Shown piece by piece: positions 24,468 through 31,999 of a DNA stretch of 32,000 bases. This DNA is from Candidatus Electrothrix yaqonensis (GTDB lineage Bacteria > Desulfobacterota > Desulfobulbia > Desulfobulbales > Desulfobulbaceae). Where the stretch lies: NCBI GenBank assembly GCA_047651235.1, contig CP178758.1:3690001-3722000 (forward strand). The letters are read 5' to 3'. The notes under the pieces were generated by a model. It worked only from the letters and a program-made list of their open reading frames with translations, did no database searches and was not told the origin of the DNA. Within the stretch, counting starts at the first letter, position 1. Each line of letters begins with the position of its first letter. The translations under genes were made by a program, and so were the position numbers.

Positions 24468-24993
24468 ACTGGCTCCTTTTTCTGCCTGCGATGATCAGTC
24501 GGCAACAGCAGCCTCTATGAGTGTGTCATCCGTTATCAGTATCCGGGATCAGGGTGCGCTTGATCTGGTACGCTCTCTGCTGAAACAGGGAATATCTGTC
24601 CGCATCCGGGTTTCCGGCAGCTCTATGCGGCCGCTGCTCAGCGGTGGAGAAATCATTGAAGTGGCTCCCCCTGCAGCCCGATCACCCAAAATTGGGGAGA
24701 TCCTTTTGTTCTATGATCAGCAGGGGAACCCGCTCGTTCATCGCCTGATCAGACGTCGTTGTTGCAACAAGGTCCTTTATCTGCAGACCAAGGGTGATGC
24801 CTGCGCAGGTTGTGATGGTTTTATTCCGGCAGGGCAGGTTCTCGGCCGTGTTCAGCGTATCATTATCAAGCATAATACTATTGATCTGCAGCACCCGGTC
24901 ATGCATTTTCGTTCCTTCTTTATTGCTCTCCGAAGTCTGATATTGTATTATTATCTGCAGTTCTGCAATAGACTGTCTTCTGCATCTGATTAA
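24427..24993 (+). CDS. S24/S26-family serine peptidase, SipW-like (S26B signal-peptidase fold)
   Basis: VSGSSMRPLLSGGEIIEV...GEILLFYD...LVHRLI...LQTKGDACAGCD parallels the SipW/archaeal-type signal peptidase I motifs SGSMxP...GD...V, HR and TKGDNN..D. The start is uncertain: ATG 24427 overlaps the upstream gene by 41 nt, and the alternative is ATG 24517. There is a hydrophobic C-terminal segment FRSFFIALRSLILYYYLQF. Confidence 0.65.
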   Translation: MMYKFPARKERTGELAPFSACDDQSATAASMSVSSVISIRDQGALDLVRSLLKQGISVRIRVSGSSMRPLLSGGEIIEVAPPAARSPKIGEILLFYDQQGNPLVHRLIRRRCCNKVLYLQTKGDACAGCDGFIPAGQVLGRVQRIIIKHNTIDLQHPVMHFRSFFIALRSLILYYYLQFCNRLSSASD

Positions 24994-25197
24994 GTATCAA
25001 ATTACAGCCGGTCTTTTTGTAAATAGCTGGCCGAATATAATTGATAGCTCCAGCTTGACTACCGAACCTCTTTTTCAGCATTTTTACAGCGCCAGAAGTC
25101 TCGGTTATTAGGGTGGACTGCTTGTTCCAAGGTCTTCCCACAACAGTTTCAGAAGAGCGAATTACATGCGGTAAGACACCCTCCTCTCCTTCTACAA

Positions 25198-25226
25198 TTT
25201 ACAACCAGCTTTATTTCCGTTATAAT
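25198..25226 (+). promoter_or_regulatory. Sigma70-like promoter candidate: TTTACA-N17-TATAAT
   Basis: tttaca at 25198-25203 and tataat at 25221-25226, about 45 nt upstream of ATG 25273. Confidence 0.4.
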
Positions 25227-25272
25227 TTCATATTAGAGGAGCTTGAAAATTATTCGAGACAGGGAGGAAAAA

Positions 25273-26031
25273 ATGAAAAGTCCGTCGTTCATAAACTGCA
25301 ATGTAATATTTTTGACTGTTCTGCTGACTGTCTGTTTTTGGGGGACGACAGCCGCCGAAGCGCAGACCGGTTCTATAAAAGGTTATGCGAAAGATAAGGA
25401 CAGTGGGGACGGTATACCGAATATACATGTGCGGGTATGCATTGATCCATGCCTTAAGCAGAGCGATTGGATTACCGAGGCAGAAGATACACAGACGGAA
25501 CCTGTCGGATACTATGAAGTGACGGGACTTCCTGCAGGAACATATAAAGTGAGATATCTCACGTATAGCATTGATACTCCTTCGTATGTGGCTCAATGGT
25601 ACAACAGCTTGGATTATGCTGATGCTGAAGATGTAGATGTTAAAACCGATCAGGCTGTTAGCCTGGACGATGTGCTGCTTGAGCAGGGTGTAAGCATTAC
25701 AGGGACGGTGACAGATGCCGACTTTGCCCCTATTGCAGAGGTGAGAGTATATGCGTACAAGGAAGGTGACAGGGATAACTGGGTGGCCTCTGCTATAATA
25801 ACTGAACCGGACACAAATTACACTCTTTCCGGTTTGGCTCCGGGGATCAACTATAAAATATATTTTATGGCCGACGGGTATATCAGCGAGTGGTATGATG
25901 ATAAACGCGGTTCTGTCGAATCGGTTCCTGCCGGTGCTGCTGATGTTCTTAGCGGCACTACCGATATCGATACTGTCCTGAATAAACGAGTATCTCTTGT
26001 GCCGGTATATTATCTGCTGTTACTGAAGTAG
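25273..26031 (+). CDS. Secreted protein with two carboxypeptidase-regulatory-like (CarboxypepD_reg) domains
   Basis: ATG 25273 is preceded by AGGGAGG (25261-25267); the ORF track opens at 25243. The signal peptide is MKSPSFINCNVIFLTVLLTVCFWGTTAAEA. The two domains are GSIKGYAKDKDSGDGIPNIHVRV...GYYEVTGLPAGTYKVRY and VSITGTVTDADFAPIAEVRVYAY...YTLSGLAPGINYKIYF. A short hydrophobic tail follows: VSLVPVYYLLLLK. Confidence 0.7.
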   Translation: MKSPSFINCNVIFLTVLLTVCFWGTTAAEAQTGSIKGYAKDKDSGDGIPNIHVRVCIDPCLKQSDWITEAEDTQTEPVGYYEVTGLPAGTYKVRYLTYSIDTPSYVAQWYNSLDYADAEDVDVKTDQAVSLDDVLLEQGVSITGTVTDADFAPIAEVRVYAYKEGDRDNWVASAIITEPDTNYTLSGLAPGINYKIYFMADGYISEWYDDKRGSVESVPAGAADVLSGTTDIDTVLNKRVSLVPVYYLLLLK

Positions 26032-26041
26032 AAGGAAATAT

Positions 26042-26060
26042 ACTGATTATGTTACGCAGT
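26042..26060. repeat. Solo IS-end-like sequence (ctgattatgttacgcagtt)
   Basis: It shares the GTTACGCAGT(T) core with the terminal inverted repeats of both downstream IS remnants. It resembles the 26192 IR with a 2-bp insertion. Confidence 0.35.
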
Positions 26061-26191
26061 TTGCGAGACTGTAGCCTGTTGCTGAAACATGAGATTTATT
26101 CTCTGCGCAGAGCGATCCGTGCGGCACGGGTTCCCCACCCTTGACCGGGCCATCGGGTCCGGACTTGACATAGAGAACAGAATAAGTCTAT

Positions 26192-27140
26192 AACTGATGT
26201 TACGCATTGGCGCCAAATATATTATCTTGGAGGCAATGAATACAAAATATATTGACCTCTACACGGATTATCTTGCCGTGACGTTCGGATACGCCACGGC
26301 AACCGGCCTGTCGGACATGCTGCGGATGGCGAGTATACCTCTATGGATTTATGGAAACAGGTCAGACCGGTCATCCGCGAAGTGGAAGCCGATGACGGTG
26401 TGCTGATATTCGACGATACCATTCAGGAAAAACCGTGAATGGATGAAAATGACCTTATCTGTCGGCATTCTGATCACTGTAAATGGAAAAACGCCAAAAG
26501 AATCAGTCTACTGAACTGCGTTTATCATGTCGATTGGCTTGAGCTGCTGCGTTCAATGGTTAATACTTGTATGAGGAACCGACTGCGGTTTACCCGGATT
26601 CTGTCTGATTCATGGTTCAACTCTGTTGAAAATATGGAGCATATCGAACTCGGACATAACAAGGAGTTCATCGGTGCATTGAAAAACAACCGACTCGTCG
26701 CGTTGACTGAGGAAGACCGTAAAAACAAAAACCGTATAGATCAGATCAAATGGTCAGAACAGGAAGCCGTTATCGGTTGGCTGAAAGGACTGAAGTTTCC
26801 AGTTCGTCTCGCCCGGCAGATCTTTACAAACAAAGACGGAAGCACCGGCATCCTGTATCTCGCCTGCAGCCAAGTTTACGACAATCTATAGAAAACGATG
26901 GAAAGTCGAGGTGTTTCACAAGTCATTGAAGTCGAATGCGGCGTTATCCAAGTCTCCTGCGCGCCGTGTAAATGCGCAGGGCAATCATATTTTTGCCTCC
27001 ATTGTTGCTGTGTTTAAAATGGAATGCCTAAAAATCAAAACAAAGATGAACCACTTTGCCCTGAAGTCGAAGCTCTATCTGAAAGCCGTCCGTTCAGCAT
27101 TTGATGAGCTTCAGAAACTCAGGACTGCGTAACATCAGTT
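26192..27140 (+). mobile_element. Decayed IS701/IS4-superfamily insertion sequence (about 950 bp)
   Basis: It has perfect 15-bp terminal inverted repeats: AACTGATGTTACGCA at 26192-26206 and its reverse complement at 27126-27140. The interior encodes transposase fragments in three frames. I found no clear target-site duplication. Confidence 0.7.
26236..27132 (+). pseudogene. DDE transposase pseudogene (frameshifted, in-frame stop, internally deleted)
   Basis: The fragments are MNTKYIDLYTDYLAVTFGYATATGLSDML, then (frame change) ...VRPVIREVEADDGVLIFDDTIQEKP*MDENDLICRHSDHC...ILSDSWFNSVENMEHI..., then (frame change) RKRWKVEVFHKSLKSNAALSKSP...NHIFASIVAVFKMECLK. DDT, DSWF and RWKVEVFHKSLK are the DDE-type motifs. 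The total length is too short for an intact enzyme. Confidence 0.65.
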
Positions 27141-28425
27141 GTTAACTTATCGATCTTTTTTTCTGTCATTTACAGCACAGGTTTTCTCCGCAGGAGCTTC
27201 TTTGCTGCTTAATGTTATGATCGCTCGAATGTTGGGTGTCTCAGGAACAGGTCTTTTTTTTCAAGGTATGATGATTGCCGGTATCGGCTCTGCTGTTGCC
27301 CGCTTGGGGATGGATAATGTTATCACACGCTTTATAAGCGTTTATTTTTCCGAGAATGATTTTGACAACATGGTACGTGTTGTACGTACCGGGCTGAAAG
27401 CAGGCTGTGCAGTGACTTTTGTTCTTTTCTTTCTGTATGCAACGGTCAGCCTGCTGACCCCTTTTTCTTCTTTTCAGTTTATGGTATTATCCATACCATT
27501 TCTGACTTTTTCAGCTATATATTCCTCGGCGTTGCGCGGCATCGGAAAAGCAGTATTGTTTACCCTTATACAGAGAGGTTTCGTCCCGACTGTCTTTATC
27601 CTGCTCTTACTTGTTCATAATGTTTTACAGCAGGAAATGATTCCGGAAAAAAGTTTTCAGCTTTATTTCGTGGCATCTTTGTTGGTCGCAATATTTTCCT
27701 GGGCTCTATGGAGATTTTTTTTATCAGGTCGCGATTCAAATTCAGCAAAGCATTTCAGCTCAGATCATTTTACCTGGACTACCCTCTGGCAGGGAGGAGT
27801 TCAGCATACCTATGTGGTCTCTCTCCTGAACTTGGCTGTATTTCCTTGGGCAGGTATTTTCTTTCTCGGAATATTTTCCAGTCCTGAACAAGTTGGTCTT
27901 TACGGAGTTGCTTGGCGTCTGGCAACTCAATTATCTTTAATCCTGATCGCTTCAGGAAACGTAGCTGCACCTGAATTTGCGAAACTCCATGCACAGGGGA
28001 AAATACGGCAACTTGAAGCAGCTATCCGAAAAACCTCACTGACTGTTCTGCTTGTTTCTGCCGTTTCGGCCTGTATAATGATAGGTGCCCACCGGGAAAT
28101 CCTTGCTTTGTTCGGAAAAAAATTCATAACAGCTTCTGGTGTTTTTTTTATCATATTGACAGGACACATAATCCGCTCCTCTGCAGGGAATACAGGAATG
28201 CTGCTCATGATGACAGGACACGAGCGGGAGGTGAAAAAAACGCTTCTTATCTCGTCATCAGTTCTGATTTGCTGTACCATTCTGCTTAGTTGGATATGGG
28301 GGGCGCCGGGAGCAGCTTGGGCCAATACGATTGCTTTGAGTGTACAGAGCGGTTGTCTTATCTACTATTGTATTGCAATTCTTCATGTAACCCCGCTTCC
28401 TTATTGGAAATATATATCTCCTTAA
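27139..28425 (+). CDS. Polysaccharide/oligosaccharide flippase (Wzx/MOP-superfamily-like) membrane protein
   Basis: 428 aa and highly hydrophobic with many predicted helices. The N-terminal ...LLLNVMIARMLGVSGTGLFF is a typical Wzx pattern. The only available start (TTG 27139) lies inside the IS right inverted repeat. Confidence 0.65.
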   Translation: MLTYRSFFLSFTAQVFSAGASLLLNVMIARMLGVSGTGLFFQGMMIAGIGSAVARLGMDNVITRFISVYFSENDFDNMVRVVRTGLKAGCAVTFVLFFLYATVSLLTPFSSFQFMVLSIPFLTFSAIYSSALRGIGKAVLFTLIQRGFVPTVFILLLLVHNVLQQEMIPEKSFQLYFVASLLVAIFSWALWRFFLSGRDSNSAKHFSSDHFTWTTLWQGGVQHTYVVSLLNLAVFPWAGIFFLGIFSSPEQVGLYGVAWRLATQLSLILIASGNVAAPEFAKLHAQGKIRQLEAAIRKTSLTVLLVSAVSACIMIGAHREILALFGKKFITASGVFFIILTGHIIRSSAGNTGMLLMMTGHEREVKKTLLISSSVLICCTILLSWIWGAPGAAWANTIALSVQSGCLIYYCIAILHVTPLPYWKYISP

Positions 28426-28448
28426 AAAGATTCTGCTCACAGGATTAT

Positions 28449-29189
28449 ATGTACCTCTCAGATACTACAGATATAATAATTAAACCGGTACGTTTATTTG
28501 AAAAAGAATTTACATTTATCCTTGATAAGGAAATTAAAGATATTGTAAAAAATATTAACGATAAAACATTATGGATCGTCACCTTTAATTTTCAAATGCT
28601 TGGGAAATGTAGTGAGGATGAAGGATATTTATCGTTACTCTCGTCAGCTGATCTTTTTACATGTGATGGAGCTCCTATTGCGTGGATTGTTACTTTTCTC
28701 ACGAGATATAAAGTTCCTCGTATTACAGGAATACAAATAGTAGAATATATAATAAAGAATACAACCAAATCTTTTGGTATTATTGGAGGAAGATCACATA
28801 CAGCAGCACTTTCCAATATGAAAGTGGATTTTAGTCGAGTTCTATTTATTTTTAACGGAGATATTAATCACAATTCTAATAAGACAATAAGTAATTTCGC
28901 AGATTCTATCAAAGCAACAAAACCAGAATATGTTTTTGTTGCACTCGGAATAGAAAAACAGGATATTGTATGTAAATATTTAAAAGAAACTGGAGTTAAA
29001 TCGATTTATATAGGAGTTGGAGGTACGTTTGAAATATTAGCTGGTGAGCAAAAAAGAGCTCCAGAATGGATTTCAATTATAGGAATAGAATGGTTCTTCA
29101 GATTTATTCAAGAACCAAGAAGATTATTTAAACGATATTTTATAGATTACCCTAGAGGCATTTATTTTTATCTAAAAAATCGTCTTTAA
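28449..29189 (+). CDS. WecB/TagA/CpsF-family glycosyltransferase
   Basis: ATG 28449 has AGGA upstream; the ORF track opens at 28290, overlapping the flippase. The C-terminus ALGIEKQDIVCKYL...IGVGGTFEILAGEQKRAPEWISIIGIEWFFRFIQEPRRLFKRYF matches the conserved WecG/TagA motif (G.P.QE.w.........GvGg.fd..aG...RAP.w.......EW..Rl..eP.R...R). Confidence 0.75.
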   Translation: MYLSDTTDIIIKPVRLFEKEFTFILDKEIKDIVKNINDKTLWIVTFNFQMLGKCSEDEGYLSLLSSADLFTCDGAPIAWIVTFLTRYKVPRITGIQIVEYIIKNTTKSFGIIGGRSHTAALSNMKVDFSRVLFIFNGDINHNSNKTISNFADSIKATKPEYVFVALGIEKQDIVCKYLKETGVKSIYIGVGGTFEILAGEQKRAPEWISIIGIEWFFRFIQEPRRLFKRYFIDYPRGIYFYLKNRL

Positions 29190-30371
29190 CGATTGGATAT
29201 ATTTTTCCTCTCTATCTTTTTGCCAAGCGACGGCTTCCTTAAAAGCAGCATCATTTCTTGTATTAGTATGATGAATAACAGAAGATATCTTTTTCGCAAA
29301 ACTTATATGATCTTTAACTACTGCAACAAAGCTTGGAGGAGAATTTATCCCCCGAAAGGCTTGTTCTGTTGCAACTATAGGTATAGCATAATTAACAGAT
29401 TCTACAGATTTGATCTGTACTCCTGATCCAAGAATTGAAGGGATTGCAATGCATTTAGATGATAAAATAAATTCATCAATATTTTCAATATAACCATGAT
29501 AAGTAATATGACCACCGCAAGGTATAATTTTTTCTGCACCTTTCCCAGCAATACCTATTTTTATATTAGGCAATAGCGGTACAACTCGGTTAAAAAACCA
29601 TATAAGACTCTTTCTGTTTGGCTCCCAAAGCCAATTTCCAAATAAACATATATCTCTTACAATAATAGATTGATAGTAAAATTTCTCTGATAGAATCTTC
29701 TTTTTTACAAATGGAGACAAAGTAATCGTATTTTTTTTATCGATATTTTTATATGTTTCTATAAACAGATGTCGATCTTTTTCACTTATAAAAGTCGCTC
29801 CGTTATTAGGTGCAAAATTCATTCTCTTTTCATATTCCTTTATTTTCTTTGATTCTCTCAAGTAAAGTTTTTTTATCACCCCTTTTTTAAAATATGCCAA
29901 ATCAGAATAAACAGATGGTTCGAAATTATGATTAATCAAATAGTATTTTCTATGCATTTTATTTTTCTTTATACACCTTTCTTGGAGAGTCCAGAGCATT
30001 TGCCCGTGATCAACAATCATTAAGTCATATTCATTTAATGATAATAGAGAATCAAGTATTTTTTTATATGATATAGAAGTATATTTTGCCATACTAAATG
30101 GAATGTCTTTTACAATCGATTTTACCACCCATGATAACGAGATAAGAAAAATATTTTTTGTTTCGATATTACGATAACCAGCTATGTAGATTCTAACATT
30201 TTTTTCTTCTCTAAAAGAAAAATCATTCTTTTTTTCTTTTCTTCTATATCCGACCAAATCTATAGAATACCCTTCTTTCGCAAGGCTTTTGACGAGTGTC
30301 GATGTATAAATCTCTCCGCCTGTAGAAAGCTGAGGGATAACAGTTGTTAGCATGATAATTTTTTTCATCAT
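29172..30371 (-). CDS. Glycosyltransferase, GT4/GT1-like
   Basis: 399 aa. The N-terminus is MMKKIIMLTTVIPQLSTGGEIYTSTLVKSLAKEGYSIDLV (GT-B N-domain pattern). The C-terminus is IAIPSILGSGVQIKSVESVNYAIPIVATEQAF. The 3' end overlaps the convergent TagA-like gene by 18 bp. The start codon lies 1-2 nt from an IS inverted repeat. Confidence 0.65.
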   Translation of the reverse strand: MMKKIIMLTTVIPQLSTGGEIYTSTLVKSLAKEGYSIDLVGYRRKEKKNDFSFREEKNVRIYIAGYRNIETKNIFLISLSWVVKSIVKDIPFSMAKYTSISYKKILDSLLSLNEYDLMIVDHGQMLWTLQERCIKKNKMHRKYYLINHNFEPSVYSDLAYFKKGVIKKLYLRESKKIKEYEKRMNFAPNNGATFISEKDRHLFIETYKNIDKKNTITLSPFVKKKILSEKFYYQSIIVRDICLFGNWLWEPNRKSLIWFFNRVVPLLPNIKIGIAGKGAEKIIPCGGHITYHGYIENIDEFILSSKCIAIPSILGSGVQIKSVESVNYAIPIVATEQAFRGINSPPSFVAVVKDHISFAKKISSVIHHTNTRNDAAFKEAVAWQKDREEKYIQSLKTIF

Positions 30372-30415
30372 TATTAGGAGTTACGCAGTTGGCAAAAATC
30401 TGGTAACATAGCTGC

Positions 30416-31196
30416 ATGAACAAAGCTAAGATAACAGATTACGATTACATAGATTTTCTGATAGGGACGCAGAAAGTCTATAGCTGTACGGAAGCCGGGC
30501 GTGTTCAACCCGATGAAACAGGCGGTCCGTCGCATGATGCCTTCACCCGGCAGCTGCATCGGCTTTTTCCGACTACAGACCGGCTCTGGTCGGAAGTTAG
30601 GGATCATGTTGAGTTCTTTCAGAACAATTTGATATTGTTCATCTTAAAGGTTACGGCATGATCAAGGTATTCAAGAAAGTCACAAAAGACGATGACTTTG
30701 AATACCGGGCCACTAATGACCTGATGCGGCTTAAATATGCTGAGATCAGTTGGATGATTGAAACATATCATCGCGGCATTAAACAGTTCTGCGGCATTGA
30801 ACGCTGTCAGGCCTGTTCAGAGAGAGCGTAGCGAAATCATATCGAGATGGCTTTACGGGCCTTTCTTCGGCTTGAATATCATTGCTTTGCTAAAGGAATC
30901 TCTTGGTTTAAGGCAAAAATTTCTGACTGTTACGGATTTAGGGGAGGGGAGCAGCCAGCCCTAAAAACCTTTAAATGTCTGTCAAACCTGAAAAATCAGT
31001 GCGTTATCTTCAGCCAGTCTGGTCTATTGAACCCCTCAAGCTTTAATCCTAATCGGTTGATTTAAGGATGTTCTATCGGGGGTCCCCTAAATCCGTAACA
31101 GTCAGAAAAATTTCAATTGTCAGAGATGCTGTCAGAGCATATTTGGCAAAGCCAATTTATACCCTCGAACCTATCAATCTTTATGCAACTGCGTAA
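30416..31196 (+). pseudogene. IS701-family-like DDE transposase pseudogene (catalytic core deleted, in-frame stop, interrupted by a MITE)
   Basis: The N-terminal fragment is MNKAKITDYDYIDFLIGTQKVYSCTEAGRVQPDETGGPSHDAFTRQLHRL. The C-terminal fragment is ...ISWMIETYHRGIKQFCGIERCQACSERA*RNHIEMALRAFLRLEYHCFAKGISWFKAKI, then the insertion, then SIVRDAVRAYLAKPIYTLEPINLYATA*. The middle several hundred codons of a normal enzyme are missing. Confidence 0.6.
30924..31104. mobile_element. MITE-like element (about 181 bp) nested in the IS remnant
   Basis: It has perfect 22-bp terminal inverted repeats: TGACTGTTACGGATTTAGGGGA at 30924-30945 and its reverse complement at 31083-31104. It is flanked by direct repeats AAAAATTT(C) at 30915-30923 and 31106-31114. 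The transposase reading frame resumes after the element. Confidence 0.6.
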
Positions 31197-31300
31197 CTCC
31201 TAATTATATTAGAGTTATTCCTGAATAACTTCCGAGTCCCCAAAAACAGCCACTTGAAAAACGAAAAATGGGCCTGTAATCTTATACAGGAACAACTCTA

Positions 31301-31999
31301 TTATAAAATGAATATCTTTTTTAAAAATTTAACATAATGTTTATTGGAGAACAACATATAGGATTCACCTTGATTTAACATCTGTTTTTTGTATGTAGAT
31401 GCATCAATGTTCATTATATTTTTATCTATATCAAAAAAATCTTCAATTTTTTTAAAATTACCTTCTATCAAGTCTTCATATTTAGTGTTTATATAATCTC
31501 TATTATGAATCTTAGCTTTTAACTTAAATAAGTTAATTCTGTAAAAACTTCTAATTTTGAAAAGGATGTATTCAGATAATACAAAATTGATAGTAGTATT
31601 GTTTGAATCTCCTTGAAAAGAAGACCAAATATTGCTTTTCAAAGCTCTTCTATGTGATGCATACTGAGCTATAGAATTTTTTCGTGTAATAAGAATTATT
31701 TTATAATTCTTATTTGATATAATATAATCCATAACTTTTCTATTATGATTGAAAAATAGCTTGAAACCAAAAAAAGACGCATTTGTATTATGACACGTTT
31801 GTTCCTCTACGGCCTCAAGAAAAGAAATAGGGCTTAAATCTCTCTGATACAGAGTATAAGGTATATTAAAGATATCGCTAAAGATTTTCTTTGGATGGAA
31901 TAACTCCGCATGACAGTATATTTCTGGTATAGAATTAAGTATGCTCATCAGCATATTTGAACCTGTTCTGGCTTCACTTATAATTACAAATTTTTTCAT
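31301..31999 (-). CDS. Sulfotransferase-family protein (NodH/Stf0-like)
   Basis: 232 aa. The N-terminus FVIISEARTGSNMLMSILNS resembles the PAPS 5'-phosphosulfate-binding loop (xxRSGS/Txxl). ITRKNSIAQYASHRRALKSNIW resembles the 3'-phosphate-binding motif (R.N.l....S...A...g.W). The ATG is at comp(31999..31997). The gene is very AT-rich. Confidence 0.6.
   Translation of the reverse strand: MKKFVIISEARTGSNMLMSILNSIPEIYCHAELFHPKKIFSDIFNIPYTLYQRDLSPISFLEAVEEQTCHNTNASFFGFKLFFNHNRKVMDYIISNKNYKIILITRKNSIAQYASHRRALKSNIWSSFQGDSNNTTINFVLSEYILFKIRSFYRINLFKLKAKIHNRDYINTKYEDLIEGNFKKIEDFFDIDKNIMNIDASTYKKQMLNQGESYMLFSNKHYVKFLKKIFIL

Larger units (their letters stand above)
30373..31204 (+). mobile_element. 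Decayed IS701-like insertion sequence (about 830 bp) carrying a nested MITE
   Basis: It has perfect 19-bp terminal inverted repeats: ATTAGGAGTTACGCAGTTG at 30373-30391 and its reverse complement at 31186-31204. The interior holds only N- and C-terminal transposase fragments. Confidence 0.7.

Noticed and set aside
24920-25141. A 73-aa minus-strand ORF in the gap after the peptidase gene (…GRPWNKQSTLITETSGAVKMLKKRFG…)
   Set aside because: It overlaps the 3' end of the peptidase gene. It has no RBS or recognisable motif. A faint resemblance to HTH/transposase N-termini is too weak to support a call.
26192-31204. The two IS remnants plus the enclosed genes considered as a composite transposon
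   Set aside because: The two elements have different terminal repeats (AACTGATGTTACGCA versus ATTAGGAGTTACGCAGTTG). Both transposases are degraded, and I could find no shared flanking target duplication. Independent insertions into a hot spot are more likely.
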